From assembly GCA_963842125.1 (NCBI GenBank), contig CAWJFE010000005.1, forward strand, positions 1,230,910 through 1,294,909: 64,000 nt of DNA, given 5' to 3'. Below are positions 49,238 through 61,646 of the stretch, piece after piece. Both the position numbers and the translations under genes were made by a program. The notes under the pieces are model-generated. The model did no database searches. It was not told the origin of the DNA and saw only the letters and a program-made list of their open reading frames with translations. This stretch comes from an uncultured Alphaproteobacteria bacterium (lineage in GTDB: Bacteria > Pseudomonadota > Alphaproteobacteria > Rhizobiales > CAWCWK01). Numbering within the stretch: the first letter of the stretch is position 1; each line of letters begins with the position of its first letter.

Positions 49238-50076
49238 ATGGAAGCCGAGAGCGAGGTTCTGCCGCCCAGCCGTCCACGCGGATGGGACCATGCGGTCATC
49301 GCCGTTCGCGATCTCGATGCGGCGGCGGCGGCCTACGAGGGACTCGGCTTCGCACTGACGGCGAAGGCGATGCACCCGTTCGGTACCGCGAACCGTTTGG
49401 CGCTGCTGGGCAACACTTATATCGAACTGATTGCGGTCGCCGACGCGGCGAAGGTCCCGGAGCCGACGCATAGGGATTTCGGCTTCGCCGCCTTCGTACA
49501 GCGCTATCTCGAGGACCGCGAAGGGCTCGCCATGATGGCGCTCCGCGTGGAGGATGCTGCCGCCGAGGCAAAGCGCTATGCCGACGAAGGCCTCACCGCC
49601 TTCGCGCCGCACGCGTTCGGCCGAATGGCGTCGCTTCCCGGAGGGCGAGAGGAGCGCGTCTCCTTCGTCGCCTCGCACGCCCTCGACCCGCGGCTTCCCG
49701 ACCTCGCGCTCTTTGGCTGTCAGCACGAAACGTCGGAAGCCGTCTGGGCTGCCGGGCCGACAAGCCATTCAAATGGTGCGCAGGACATACGCGGCGCCGT
49801 CGTCGTAGACGAGAACCCGACCGATCATCACATCTTCTACGCGACCATGCTCGGCTTGCGGGACATCCGGTCGAGTTCGGCGGGCCTGACGCTCACGATG
49901 CCGCGCGGCACGCTGGATGTACTGACCCCGCAGGCATTCGACGCGCGGTATCCCAGTGCAGGTGTCGTTCACGGCGACACGCCGGCTTTGGGTGCCCTCC
50001 TTCTGGATGGACCTCCGCAGACCGTTCCAGCCGAGGCGGCCTGCGGCGTTGCCTTGGTCTTCGAGGACCCCGCGTC

Positions 50077-50080
<4 letters not shown>
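49238..50080 (+). CDS. VOC/glyoxalase-like (Glyoxalase_3) protein
   Basis: DHAVIAVRDL...GF....HPFGTANRL....YIELI; HSNGA; ATG 49238 preceded by GAGG. Confidence 0.8.
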
Positions 50081-52231
<2,151 letters not shown>

Positions 52232-52263
52232 ACCGAATTGCAACGCTCCGAGCGGCGCTCGAA

Positions 52264-52278
52264 TTAACCATCTGTCAA
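52264..52278 (+). promoter_or_regulatory. Putative CtrA site upstream of ftsB
   Basis: TTAA-CCATCTG-TCAA, one mismatch from TTAA-N7-TTAA, and contains TTAACCAT. Confidence 0.55.
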
Positions 52279-52338
52279 GGCGTTGATTCGATCCTCGATC
52301 GGGTCCTTATTGACGACGGATCGAGCGGTCGGGAGAGT

Positions 52339-52665
52339 GTGATGCGTGCGCGACAGAGCCTTGGAACGAGGCTTGCCAAGGCGGCGGTCATCCCGTTGTT
52401 GACGATCATGGGCGTGGTCTATTTTGCGGGCCACGCCGTCTATGGCGACTATGGCCTCGATGCGAAGATGCGTCTGGAGCGCGAGACGGAGACAGCCCGC
52501 CGCGAACTCCTTCTCGTAAGGGAAGAGCGACAACGGCTGGAGCGCAATGTCGCGCTGATGCGACCCGAGAGCCTCGACCCCGACCTTCTCGAAGAACGCG
52601 TACGCGCCACGCTTCAACTCGTCGGCCCCGACGATGTCATGGTTCTCACTACGTCCGGTCGGTAG
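52339..52665 (+). CDS. ftsB: Septum formation initiator (FtsB/DivIC family)
   Basis: One TM helix, YF..HA..G.YGL, coiled coil, SLDPDLLEERVR; position after eno. Confidence 0.85.
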   Translation: MMRARQSLGTRLAKAAVIPLLTIMGVVYFAGHAVYGDYGLDAKMRLERETETARRELLLVREERQRLERNVALMRPESLDPDLLEERVRATLQLVGPDDVMVLTTSGR

Positions 52666-52680
52666 AGAAACCCCTAGATT

Positions 52681-52695
52681 TGCTGCGCTGCAGCA
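52681..52695. promoter_or_regulatory. PhaR-like palindromic operator upstream of pdhA
   Basis: TGCTGC-GCT-GCAGCA perfect inverted repeat. Confidence 0.5.
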
Positions 52696-52821
52696 CGTCT
52701 TTACAGACGTCTCGCGTTGACAGCGCCTTTGCTTCATCGCATGTCCCGCCCTACCTGTTATACGACGTTAGTCGGGTGCGTTCACCACGTACTCGTCCCG
52801 TTCGAACCCCGAGGTAGGCCC

Positions 52822-53904
52822 ATGGCAGCTGCGTCCGGCACGCGTTCCAAATCGACCCGCGGCACGAGCGCGAAGGGCGGCGACAAGCCGACTGGTGCGG
52901 GCGGCGCAGGCGCGAATCTTCCGGAGCTCGACAAGGACCAGGCCCATTCCGCCTACAAGGACATGCTGCTCATCCGCCGGTTCGAAGAGAAGGCCGGTCA
53001 GATGTACGGCATGGGCCTCATCGGCGGTTTCTGCCATCTCTATATCGGCCAGGAAGCCGTCGTTGTCGGCATGCAGATGGCGTCGAAGGACGGCGATCAG
53101 GTCATCACCGGCTATCGCGACCATGGCCATATGCTCGCGACGGGTATGGACCCGAAGGGCGTGATGGCCGAGCTGACCGGCCGCGAGGGAGGCTACTCCC
53201 GCGGCAAGGGCGGCTCGATGCACATGTTCTCCAAGGAGAAGCAGTTCTACGGCGGGCACGGCATCGTCGGTGCGCAGGTCTCGCTCGGCACGGGCCTCGC
53301 CTTCGCCAACAACTACCGCGACGACGGCACCGTTTCGATGACCTATATGGGCGACGGCGCCGCCAACCAGGGGCAGGTCTACGAGAGCTTCAACATGGCG
53401 AGCCTCTGGAAGCTCCCCGTGGTCTACGTCGTCGAGAACAATCGCTACGCGATGGGCACGAGCATCGAGCGTTCTTCCGCGCAGACCAATTTTGCCAAGC
53501 GCGGCGAAGCTTTCGACATTCCGGGCGAACAGGTGGACGGGATGGATGTCCGCATCGTCCTCGAGGCCGGCCGTCGCGCCCTGGAGCATGCCCGCTCGGG
53601 CAACGGCCCCTACATTCTCGAGATGCAAACGTACCGTTATCGCGGACACTCCATGTCCGATCCGGCAAAGTACCGGACGCGCGAGGAGGTTCAGCAGATG
53701 CGGACCGAGCGCGACCCGATCGAGCACCTCAAGGCGTACATGGCTGAGAAGGGCTATGGCAACGAAGACGAGATGAAGACGATCGACAAACAGGTCCGCG
53801 CCGTGGTCGGCGAGGCCGCCGACTTCTCGACCGCAAGCCCCGAGCCCGATCCCAGCGAACTCTACACCGACATCCTGAAAGAGATGGCTGTGGCGGCCGA
53901 ATAG
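52822..53904 (+). CDS. pdhA: Pyruvate dehydrogenase E1 alpha
   Basis: GGFCHLYIGQEA, GDGAANQG, YRYRGHSMSDP; start placed at ATG 52822 after GAGG. Confidence 0.97.
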   Translation: MAAASGTRSKSTRGTSAKGGDKPTGAGGAGANLPELDKDQAHSAYKDMLLIRRFEEKAGQMYGMGLIGGFCHLYIGQEAVVVGMQMASKDGDQVITGYRDHGHMLATGMDPKGVMAELTGREGGYSRGKGGSMHMFSKEKQFYGGHGIVGAQVSLGTGLAFANNYRDDGTVSMTYMGDGAANQGQVYESFNMASLWKLPVVYVVENNRYAMGTSIERSSAQTNFAKRGEAFDIPGEQVDGMDVRIVLEAGRRALEHARSGNGPYILEMQTYRYRGHSMSDPAKYRTREEVQQMRTERDPIEHLKAYMAEKGYGNEDEMKTIDKQVRAVVGEAADFSTASPEPDPSELYTDILKEMAVAAE

Positions 53905-53952
53905 GCTCCCGATAGAAGCCGCCCCGACCGCAGTTTTCCGAGGAACGCCCGA

Positions 53953-55404
53953 ATGCCGATCGAAGTGCTGATGCCGGCCCTGTCTCCCACGATGGAGGAA
54001 GGCAAGCTCGCCAAATGGCTCGTAAAGGAAGGCGACGACGTCTCGTCCGGCGACGTTCTGGCGGAGATCGAGACCGACAAGGCGACGATGGAAGTCGAAG
54101 CCGTCGATGAGGGTAAGGTCGGCAAGATCCTCGTCGCTGAGGGGACCGACGCAGTCGCCGTCAACACGCCGATCGCCGTTCTCTTCGGTGAGGGCGAAGA
54201 TGCCGACAGCGTGGATATGAGCCAGGCGTCGACGTCTGCGGCTGAAGCCGACTCGTCGGATGATCCTGCGGCCGAACAAAAGGTCGCCGAGAACTTGGGC
54301 AACGCGACGACGCCGGCTACAGCCGCGCGCGGCGCCGATGCTCCCAAATCGACATCCGCCGCCGCCAATCCGCCGGAGCCGGAGGACGTCCCGACGCCGG
54401 ATGTGCCCGAGGGCACCGAAATGGTGCAGCAGACGGTGCGCGAGGCCCTGCGCGATGCGATGGCCGAGGAGATGCGCGCCGATGCCGACGTCTTCGTCAT
54501 GGGCGAGGAGGTCGCGGAATATCAGGGTGCCTATAAGGTGACCCAAGGCCTTCTGCAGGAATTCGGCGCGAAGCGGGTTATCGACACGCCGATCACCGAG
54601 CACGGTTTCGCCGGCATTGGCGTCGGCGCGGCGATGTCCGGCCTGAAACCGATCGTCGAATTTATGACGTTCAACTTCGCGATGCAGGCGATCGACCAGA
54701 TCATCAATTCGGCGGCGAAGACGCTTTATATGTCGGGCGGCCAGATGGGCTCGCCGATGGTCTTCCGTGGGCCGAACGGGGCGGCGGCGCGTGTGGCGGC
54801 CCAGCACAGCCAGGACTTCACGGCTTGGTACTCCGCCATTCCGGGCCTCATCGTGCTGTCTCCCTATACCGCGGCCGATGCGAAGGGCCTGTTAAAAGCG
54901 GCGATCCGCAATCCAAACCCCGTGGTCTTCCTCGAGAACGAGATCCTCTACGGCCAGACGTTCGACGTGCCGAAGATGGACGACTTCGTTCTTCCCATCG
55001 GCAAGGCGAAGATCGAGCGTTCGGGTAGCGACGCGACGATCGTGTCGTTCTCCATCGGAATGACGTACGCGCTCAAAGCGGCCGAGGAACTGGCGGGGCA
55101 GGGGATCGACTGCGAAGTCATCAACCTGCGGACCATCCGCCCACTCGATTTCGAGACCGTCATCAAGAGCGTGAAGAAGACCGGACGCCTCGTCACCGTC
55201 GAAGAAGGCTACCCGCAAAATGGTATCGGCGCGGAACTCGGCTATCGTGCCACCGCCGAGGCGTTCGATTATCTCGATGCGCCACCAACCCGCGTAACGG
55301 GGGAGGACGTGCCGATGCCGTACGCGGCCAATCTCGAGAAGCTCGCACTGCCGTCCGTCGAGAAGGTCGTGGCGGCGGTTCGCGCCGTCACCTATTCCGA
55401 CTGA
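53953..55404 (+). CDS. pdhB: Pyruvate dehydrogenase E1 beta with N-terminal lipoyl domain
   Basis: ETDKAT lipoyl domain; [17 protein letters not shown]. Confidence 0.97.
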   Translation: MPIEVLMPALSPTMEEGKLAKWLVKEGDDVSSGDVLAEIETDKATMEVEAVDEGKVGKILVAEGTDAVAVNTPIAVLFGEGEDADSVDMSQASTSAAEADSSDDPAAEQKVAENLGNATTPATAARGADAPKSTSAAANPPEPEDVPTPDVPEGTEMVQQTVREALRDAMAEEMRADADVFVMGEEVAEYQGAYKVTQGLLQEFGAKRVIDTPITEHGFAGIGVGAAMSGLKPIVEFMTFNFAMQAIDQIINSAAKTLYMSGGQMGSPMVFRGPNGAAARVAAQHSQDFTAWYSAIPGLIVLSPYTAADAKGLLKAAIRNPNPVVFLENEILYGQTFDVPKMDDFVLPIGKAKIERSGSDATIVSFSIGMTYALKAAEELAGQGIDCEVINLRTIRPLDFETVIKSVKKTGRLVTVEEGYPQNGIGAELGYRATAEAFDYLDAPPTRVTGEDVPMPYAANLEKLALPSVEKVVAAVRAVTYSD

Positions 55405-55712
55405 TGGCAACCGGCGATGAAATCGTATTCGACGACGGTGGCGACGGCGACGTCGAGCGGGTTGAGGGCGAGCTCCTCGTCCTCGCCGTGCGAACCGATG
55501 ACGGAGACGTGCAGGTGAGCCTCGATCTCGCCTCGATCGACGATGCCGAGGAATGCGGCCAGCTCCTCGCTCTTCTCGCCGTGCAGTTCGCGCGCGGCGG
55601 CGCCGAGGTCGGACGCTGGCCGGAGGTCGAAGCGCTCGAGAAGATCAAGTTCGCCTTCGAGAAAGCCTGGACAGAGAACGACTCACCCGGTGCCAACACA
55701 CTCCTTTCGTAG
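55404..55712 (+). CDS. Small acidic protein, DUF5076-like
   Basis: Coupled to the pdhB stop (TGATG); GC3-rich codons; G.LL......AR....EAL..I...F pattern recalls DUF5076. Confidence 0.65.
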   Translation: MATGDEIVFDDGGDGDVERVEGELLVLAVRTDDGDVQVSLDLASIDDAEECGQLLALLAVQFARGGAEVGRWPEVEALEKIKFAFEKAWTENDSPGANTLLS

Positions 55713-55763
55713 CGCGCCAGATCACCTGCCGCCCGCTGCCCTTACGAGACGAGATCGACGACG

Positions 55764-57173
55764 ATGCCCATCAATATCCTCATGCCTGCCCTCTCACCGA
55801 CCATGGAGGAAGGCACGCTGGCCAAGTGGCTCGTGAAAGAGGGTGACGAGGTCTCGTCCGGCGACGTGATCGCCGAGATCGAGACCGACAAGGCGACCAT
55901 GGAGGTCGAGGCGGTCGACGAGGGTCGGATCGGAAAGATCTTCGTCGCGGACGGCACGGCCGACGTGAAGGTGAACGCCGTCATTGCCGTGCTGCTCGAG
56001 GAGGGCGAGGACGCCGGCAGTATCGGCGATACCCCACCCGAAGACGCGAAGGCCGAGAGCGGCGCGCCCGCATCGCTTACCGCCGATGCGCAGGAGGCGC
56101 TTGCCGAGCCGGATGGCTACGGCCGCGAAATGAAGGGAGCGCCTGGAACGGGTGGTGGGGAGGTTCCGGCCTCCGTCGCTCCTCCCATGGAACCCCAGAA
56201 TGCCACTCCGACGACATCTGCCGGCCGCGTCTTCGCCAGCCCGCTGGCCCGTCGCATGGCGGGCGAAGCGAGCATTTCGCTCGACACCATCAAGGGGTCG
56301 GGCCCGCACGGTCGGATCGTGAAACGCGACGTGGAAGACGCGATCGCCAATGGTGTTAGTGCACCGAAGGCCAAGGCCGAGCAGACTGCCCCCGCAGCGC
56401 CAACCGCCGCGCCCGCCAAGTCCGCGCCGGCGGGTCCCTCCGACGATGCCGTGCGCAGGATGTTCGCGCCCGACTCCTACGAGGAGGTACCGAACGACGG
56501 CATGCGAAAAACGATCGCGCGGCGGCTCCTCGAGTCGAAGCAGACCGTCCCGCACTTCTACCTCTCCATGGACTGCAAGCTCGACGCGCTTCTCGACATG
56601 CGCAAACAGTTGAACGGTGCGTCACCGGAGATAGACGGAAAGCCGGCTTACAAACTTTCCGTGAACGACTTCGTCATCAAGGCCATGGCCCTGGCGCTGA
56701 AGTCGGTGCCGGGCGCGAATGCCAGCTGGACCGAAGCCGCGACGCTCGTTCATAAACATGCCGATGTCGGCGTAGCCGTCGCGATCGAGGGCGGGCTCTT
56801 CACGCCGATCATCCGCAGCGCGGAGGAGAAGACCCTCTCGACCATCTCCGCCGAGATGAAGGACTATGCCAAGCGGGCACGCGACCGGAAGTTGAAGCCG
56901 GAGGAGTATCAGGGCGGCACGACGTCGATCTCCAATCTCGGCATGTTCGGCATCAAGAACTTCCAAGCGATCATCAACCCGCCGCACGGCACCATCCTTT
57001 CCGTCGGCGCGGGCGAGCGTCGGCCGGTCGTCGAGGGCGACACCGTCGTCATCGCGACGGTCATGTCCGTCACGCTCTGCTGCGATCACCGCGTGGTCGA
57101 TGGTGCGCTCGGCGCGGAACTGCTTGGGGCGTTCAAGGGCTACATAGAGGCTCCGATGAGCATGCTCGTCTGA
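55764..57173 (+). CDS. pdhC: Pyruvate dehydrogenase E2 dihydrolipoamide acetyltransferase
   Basis: Lipoyl ETDKA, ASPLARR..GSGPHGRI, DHRVVDG. Confidence 0.97.
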   Translation: MPINILMPALSPTMEEGTLAKWLVKEGDEVSSGDVIAEIETDKATMEVEAVDEGRIGKIFVADGTADVKVNAVIAVLLEEGEDAGSIGDTPPEDAKAESGAPASLTADAQEALAEPDGYGREMKGAPGTGGGEVPASVAPPMEPQNATPTTSAGRVFASPLARRMAGEASISLDTIKGSGPHGRIVKRDVEDAIANGVSAPKAKAEQTAPAAPTAAPAKSAPAGPSDDAVRRMFAPDSYEEVPNDGMRKTIARRLLESKQTVPHFYLSMDCKLDALLDMRKQLNGASPEIDGKPAYKLSVNDFVIKAMALALKSVPGANASWTEAATLVHKHADVGVAVAIEGGLFTPIIRSAEEKTLSTISAEMKDYAKRARDRKLKPEEYQGGTTSISNLGMFGIKNFQAIINPPHGTILSVGAGERRPVVEGDTVVIATVMSVTLCCDHRVVDGALGAELLGAFKGYIEAPMSMLV

Positions 57174-57200
57174 CAGCACCTACCGAAATATCGGAGAATG

Positions 57201-57232
57201 AGGCCGCTGCGGGAGACTGCAGCGGCCTTTTT
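57201..57232 (+). terminator. Intrinsic terminator after pdhC
   Basis: AGGCCGCTGC...GCAGCGGCCT stem followed by a T run. Confidence 0.85.
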
Positions 57233-57334
57233 CGTGCGCGTTCGTCAGCACCCCTATCTAGCCGGTGCGAGGTTGCTCCGTCACGGGACTCTCTCGGCAA
57301 ACGTCCAATCACCCTGGTCGGAGAAACAACGGAC

Positions 57335-57454
57335 ATGGGAAGGCCATCTCAACGTCCGTCTTCTAAGAAGGGTACAGCACATCAGCTCGCTGTCCGCCGA
57401 CGCACGCTGCTGCGGAGAAGCATCACAGGCTGGAATGAAAGCCTTCGGGGGTAA
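57335..57454 (+). CDS. Candidate 39-aa basic small protein
   Basis: Hand-translated MGRPSQRPSSKKGTAHQLAVRRRTLLRRSITGWNESLRG; GGAGA 10 nt upstream; atypical codon usage. Confidence 0.3.
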   Translation: MGRPSQRPSSKKGTAHQLAVRRRTLLRRSITGWNESLRG

Positions 57455-57636
57455 GCTTCTGGGCAACGACCGCTCGCAGTCTAAATCGCCGATCTCGTCC
57501 TTCCTTTGTTCCGGCCCCTGTTAACAACCGGATCTTCACCCGTGTCGGCCTGAATTCCTAAAGACTATGTACCTAGAACGGATGTGCGTGACATCCTCCG
57601 CGAGGTCTGGCACGCAGACCAAAACCTTCTGGGAGA

Positions 57637-58656
57637 ATGATGATGACGTCGGACGCGATTCACTTCGGAGCGGAAGCCGACGAGCATCATGGCTCGATAC
57701 TGGAGCGCATTCTCACGCTCGAACTCGTGCGGGTCGCCGAGCGCGCGGCCGTGGCTGCGGCGCGAATGCGGGGGCGGGGCGATGAGAAGGCTGCCGACCA
57801 GGCTGCCGTCGACGCGATGCGCAAGGAACTGAACCGGCTGCCTATCGACGGAACGGTCGTCATCGGCGAAGGCGAGCGCGATGAGGCGCCGATGCTCTAT
57901 ATCGGGGAGAAGGTCGGCACCAAGAAGGGCCCGAAGGTCGATATCGCGCTCGATCCTCTCGAAGGCACGACACTCTGCGCGAAGGACCTGCCGAACTCCC
58001 TCGCCGTCATCGCTTTCGCCGAAGGCGGCGGGCTCCTTAACGCGCCGGACGCCTATATGGACAAGATCGCCGTCGGAGCGGGCTATGCCGATGGCGTGAT
58101 CGACATCGATCTCGATCCGGCGGAGAATGTCCGCCGCGTCGCGGAAGCCAAGGGCGTGCCGATCGCGGAACTTGGGTGCTGCATCCTCGACCGCCCTCGC
58201 CACGCGGTTCTGATCGACAAGGTGCGCGCCACCGGCGCGACCATCCGGTTGATCGGCGACGGCGACGTGGCGGGGATCATCCACACGACGGACCCCGAAG
58301 AGACGGGGATCGACCTCTATATGGGGATCGGCGGTGCGCCGGAGGGTGTGCTTGCGGCAGCGGCGCTACGATGCATCGGTGGGCAGATGCAGGCGCGCCT
58401 CGTCATGTATTCCGATGAGCAGCGCGCACGGACCATCGCAATGGGCGTCGAGGATCCGGACGCGATCATGACGCAGTTCGACATGGCCAAAGGCGATGTG
58501 ATGTTCGCCGCGTCAGGCGTGACGGATGGCAATCTGCTGCGGGGCGTGCAGTTCAAGAAGCAGGGCATTATGACCGAGACGGTCGTCATGCGCTCCTCCA
58601 CCCGGACGCAGCGGTTCATCCGCGCGGAGCATCACGAGGACGCGAAGTTCATCTGA
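57637..58656 (+). CDS. glpX: Class II fructose-1,6-bisphosphatase
   Basis: ADQAAV, VIGEGERDEAPML, DPLEGT, DGDV, GGAPEGV. Confidence 0.96.
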   Translation: MMMTSDAIHFGAEADEHHGSILERILTLELVRVAERAAVAAARMRGRGDEKAADQAAVDAMRKELNRLPIDGTVVIGEGERDEAPMLYIGEKVGTKKGPKVDIALDPLEGTTLCAKDLPNSLAVIAFAEGGGLLNAPDAYMDKIAVGAGYADGVIDIDLDPAENVRRVAEAKGVPIAELGCCILDRPRHAVLIDKVRATGATIRLIGDGDVAGIIHTTDPEETGIDLYMGIGGAPEGVLAAAALRCIGGQMQARLVMYSDEQRARTIAMGVEDPDAIMTQFDMAKGDVMFAASGVTDGNLLRGVQFKKQGIMTETVVMRSSTRTQRFIRAEHHEDAKFI

Positions 58657-58729
58657 TGGATCGCACCGAAGCGCTCCAAAGCCGGTCCGCCACTCTTGCG
58701 CTTTCGCCGAGACGACAGATGTTGCTCCA

Positions 58730-60523
58730 ATGCTGGCAGATCCATCGCATGCGACGCGCGTTCTCGTAGATCACTCCTTCACCGGGCGGACGTGGACCGA
58801 CCCGGCATCGGACGCCGTCGTACGGACCGGCCTCGCCATAGCACAGCGGCATGGGCTGCCGGACGCCGTCGCGCGCCTACTCGCTATCAGGGGGATCGCG
58901 GACGGGGATGTCGCGGACTATCTCGATCCGACCCTTCGTCGCCTGCTGCCTGATCCGAGCCGCCTTCAGGCAATGGACGCGGCGGCCGAGCGCTTAGCGG
59001 ATGCAATCCGGCGGCGGGAAGCCGTCGCCATCTTCGGCGACTACGATGTCGATGGCGCCGCCTCGTCGGCACTCCTCGCTCGCTTCCTGAGGCATCACGG
59101 TCTCGATCCGCAGATCCACATTCCAGACCGCATCACCGAGGGCTATGGCCCCAACCCCGCGGCGATCGAAAGTCTTGCGGCTCGGGGCGCGAGCCTTCTG
59201 GTTACCGTGGACTGCGGCACCTCCGGACACGCCCCGTTGGCCCACGCGAAGGCGATCGGCCTGGACGTCGTCGTTCTCGACCATCATCAGACGGACGAAA
59301 ACCTGCCTGACGTTCTGGCGCTGGTGAATCCGAACCGGCCGGACTGCACGAGCGGGCAGGGGCACCTCTGCGCGGCGGGCGTCGTCTTCCTGACCTTGGT
59401 CGCCATTGCCCGGCTATTGCGGGCCGATCCGCCGGAAGGCTACGAGGCCGCGCCGCTGCTCGAATGGCTCGATCTCGTCGCGCTCGCGACGGTCTGCGAC
59501 GTCGTCCCACTCGTCGGCCTCAACCGCGCCTTCGTCGTGAAGGGGCTCACGGTGATGGGGCGGCGGATGAGTCCGGGGCTTGCGGCGCTCCAGGATGTCG
59601 GGCGGGTGAGCGGCGTGCTGACGCCCTATCATCTCGGCTTCGTCCTTGGTCCTCGCATCAATGCCGGCGGGCGCATCGGCCGTGCCGAACTCGGCAGCCT
59701 CCTGTTGACGACCGACGATCCCGCCGTCGCGCTTCGCTACGCTGGCGAACTCGACGCCCTCAATGCCGAGCGGCAGGCGATGGAAGCCGAGATGTTGCAG
59801 GCCGCGCTGGCCGACGCGGAACGCACCGTCGCGGCCGATCCCGATGTGGCGGCGCTCGTGATCGAGAACTCCGGCTGGCATTCCGGCTTGGTTGGGTTGC
59901 TAGCCTCTCGCGTCAAAGATCGCTTCCGCCGCCCGGTCATCGCCGTCGCGGTTCGTGGAGAGACGGGCACGGGGTCCGGCAGGTCGGTCGACGGCGTGGA
60001 CCTCGGCGAGGCCATCCGCAGTGCGGTCGCGGAAGGACTGCTGGAGAAGGGCGGCGGGCACGCGATGGCCGCGGGACTGACGATACCTGCCGCCAATATC
60101 GATGCGTTTCGTGGCTTTCTCAATGCTCGGGTTGCAGAAGCTTGGCAGGCCGCGCGATCAGCGGAAGCGATCTCGATAGACGCCACCATATCCGCTGGCG
60201 GTGCCAACCTCGAAATGGTCGGCACGCTCGACCGCGCGGGTCCCTTCGGCGCGGGCAACCCGTCCCCCATGGTCATGCTTCCGAACCATACCGTCGCTCG
60301 TGCCGAAGTCGTCGGGGGGCGCCATGTCAAGCTGCGCTTCTCGGCCGACGGGAAGAGCGTCGAGGCAATCGCATTCCGCGCGGCCGACGCGCCGCTCGGC
60401 GAAGCCCTTCTTGCGGCCTATGGCCAGCGCGTCCACGTCGCCGGAACGCTTCGGATCGACAGATGGGGCGGGCGGGAGAAGGTCTCCATGCATGTCGTAG
60501 ACGCCGCCCCGGCGGACAGGTGA
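58730..60523 (+). CDS. recJ: ssDNA-specific exonuclease RecJ
   Basis: GDYDVDG, DHH, GPRINAGGR, GGGHAMAAG. Confidence 0.96.
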   Translation: MLADPSHATRVLVDHSFTGRTWTDPASDAVVRTGLAIAQRHGLPDAVARLLAIRGIADGDVADYLDPTLRRLLPDPSRLQAMDAAAERLADAIRRREAVAIFGDYDVDGAASSALLARFLRHHGLDPQIHIPDRITEGYGPNPAAIESLAARGASLLVTVDCGTSGHAPLAHAKAIGLDVVVLDHHQTDENLPDVLALVNPNRPDCTSGQGHLCAAGVVFLTLVAIARLLRADPPEGYEAAPLLEWLDLVALATVCDVVPLVGLNRAFVVKGLTVMGRRMSPGLAALQDVGRVSGVLTPYHLGFVLGPRINAGGRIGRAELGSLLLTTDDPAVALRYAGELDALNAERQAMEAEMLQAALADAERTVAADPDVAALVIENSGWHSGLVGLLASRVKDRFRRPVIAVAVRGETGTGSGRSVDGVDLGEAIRSAVAEGLLEKGGGHAMAAGLTIPAANIDAFRGFLNARVAEAWQAARSAEAISIDATISAGGANLEMVGTLDRAGPFGAGNPSPMVMLPNHTVARAEVVGGRHVKLRFSADGKSVEAIAFRAADAPLGEALLAAYGQRVHVAGTLRIDRWGGREKVSMHVVDAAPADR

Positions 60524-60577
60524 CGTGGCGCAACCGGGCCTTGCGGTGTGCGCCGCTGCGGGCTACGCCTCCGCGCG

Positions 60578-61090
60578 ATGAACGATCCCGCACATTCCGG
60601 CACACGCGTCGGGCTCTATCCCGGTAGCTTCGATCCGCTGACGCTCGGCCATGTCGACGTCATGGTTCGCGCCGCCGCATTGGTAGACCGGCTCGTTGTC
60701 GCGATCGGCGTTCACCCCGGAAAGACGCCGATGCTCGACGTCGCGACCCGAACGGCGCTGATCGATCGCGAGATTTCGGAGCGCGGCTTGTCGGCGGAAG
60801 TTTCGACCTTCGACAGCCTCGTGACGGCGCATGCCGTGGATCTCGGCGCGAGCGTCATCTTTCGCGGCGTGCGGGGCGGGCTCGATCTCGATTACGAAAT
60901 GCAGATGGCCGGAATGAACGCAGGGCTGGCTCCAGGCGTTCAGACCGTGTTCGTGCCGGCCAGTCCCGGCATGGGGCATATCGCCGGCACCCAGGTGCGC
61001 CAGATCGCGCGTATGGGCGGCGACGTGTCCGGCTTCGTGCCGCGCCGTACCGTAGACGCTTTGAAGGCCGCTATCGCGGCCAAATCCTAG
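60578..61090 (+). CDS. coaD: Pantetheine-phosphate adenylyltransferase
   Basis: YPGSFDPLTLGH, DYEMQMAGMN, GGDVSGFVP. Confidence 0.95.
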   Translation: MNDPAHSGTRVGLYPGSFDPLTLGHVDVMVRAAALVDRLVVAIGVHPGKTPMLDVATRTALIDREISERGLSAEVSTFDSLVTAHAVDLGASVIFRGVRGGLDLDYEMQMAGMNAGLAPGVQTVFVPASPGMGHIAGTQVRQIARMGGDVSGFVPRRTVDALKAAIAAKS

Positions 61091-61099
61091 GAGAGTTTC

Positions 61100-61624
61100 A
61101 TGATCCTCAAGACAATGATGCTGGCCGCAGCGACCAGCTTGCTTGCCATGGCCGCCGCGCCGACCGCCGCACAGGCCCAGGACACCATCCTGATGGAGAC
61201 GACCAAGGGTCCCGTCACCATCCGCCTCCGCCCCGACATCGCGCCGCAGCATGCCGCGCGCATCAAGGAGCTGGCCGCCGACGGCTTCTACGACGGCATC
61301 ATCTTCCACCGCGTGATCGATGGTTTCATGGCGCAGACCGGCGATCCGACGGGCACCGGCATGGGCGGATCCGACAAGGCGGACCTGCCGGCCGAGTTCT
61401 CGTCCGAGCCTTTCGTGCGCGGCACCATCGGTATGGCGCGCTCCAACAACCCGAACAGCGCCAACAGCCAGTTCTTCATCATGTTCGACGAAGGCAGCTT
61501 CCTCAACGGCCAGTACACGGTCATCGGCGAGGTCGTCGATGGCATGGACACGATCGACGCGATCAACAAGGGCGAGCCGCCGCGCGACCCCGACTCGATC
61601 GTCTCCATGCGCTTGCAGGACTAA
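61100..61624 (+). CDS. Cyclophilin-type peptidylprolyl isomerase with signal peptide
   Basis: [31 protein letters not shown]. Confidence 0.93.
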   Translation: MILKTMMLAAATSLLAMAAAPTAAQAQDTILMETTKGPVTIRLRPDIAPQHAARIKELAADGFYDGIIFHRVIDGFMAQTGDPTGTGMGGSDKADLPAEFSSEPFVRGTIGMARSNNPNSANSQFFIMFDEGSFLNGQYTVIGEVVDGMDTIDAINKGEPPRDPDSIVSMRLQD

Positions 61625-61646
61625 AGCGACCGAAAGGCCGGGTGCC

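Noticed and set aside
53953-56010. Similar DNA at the 5' ends of pdhB and pdhC
   Set aside because: These are paralogous lipoyl domains; the lipoyl-E1beta fusion is well known in alphaproteobacteria.
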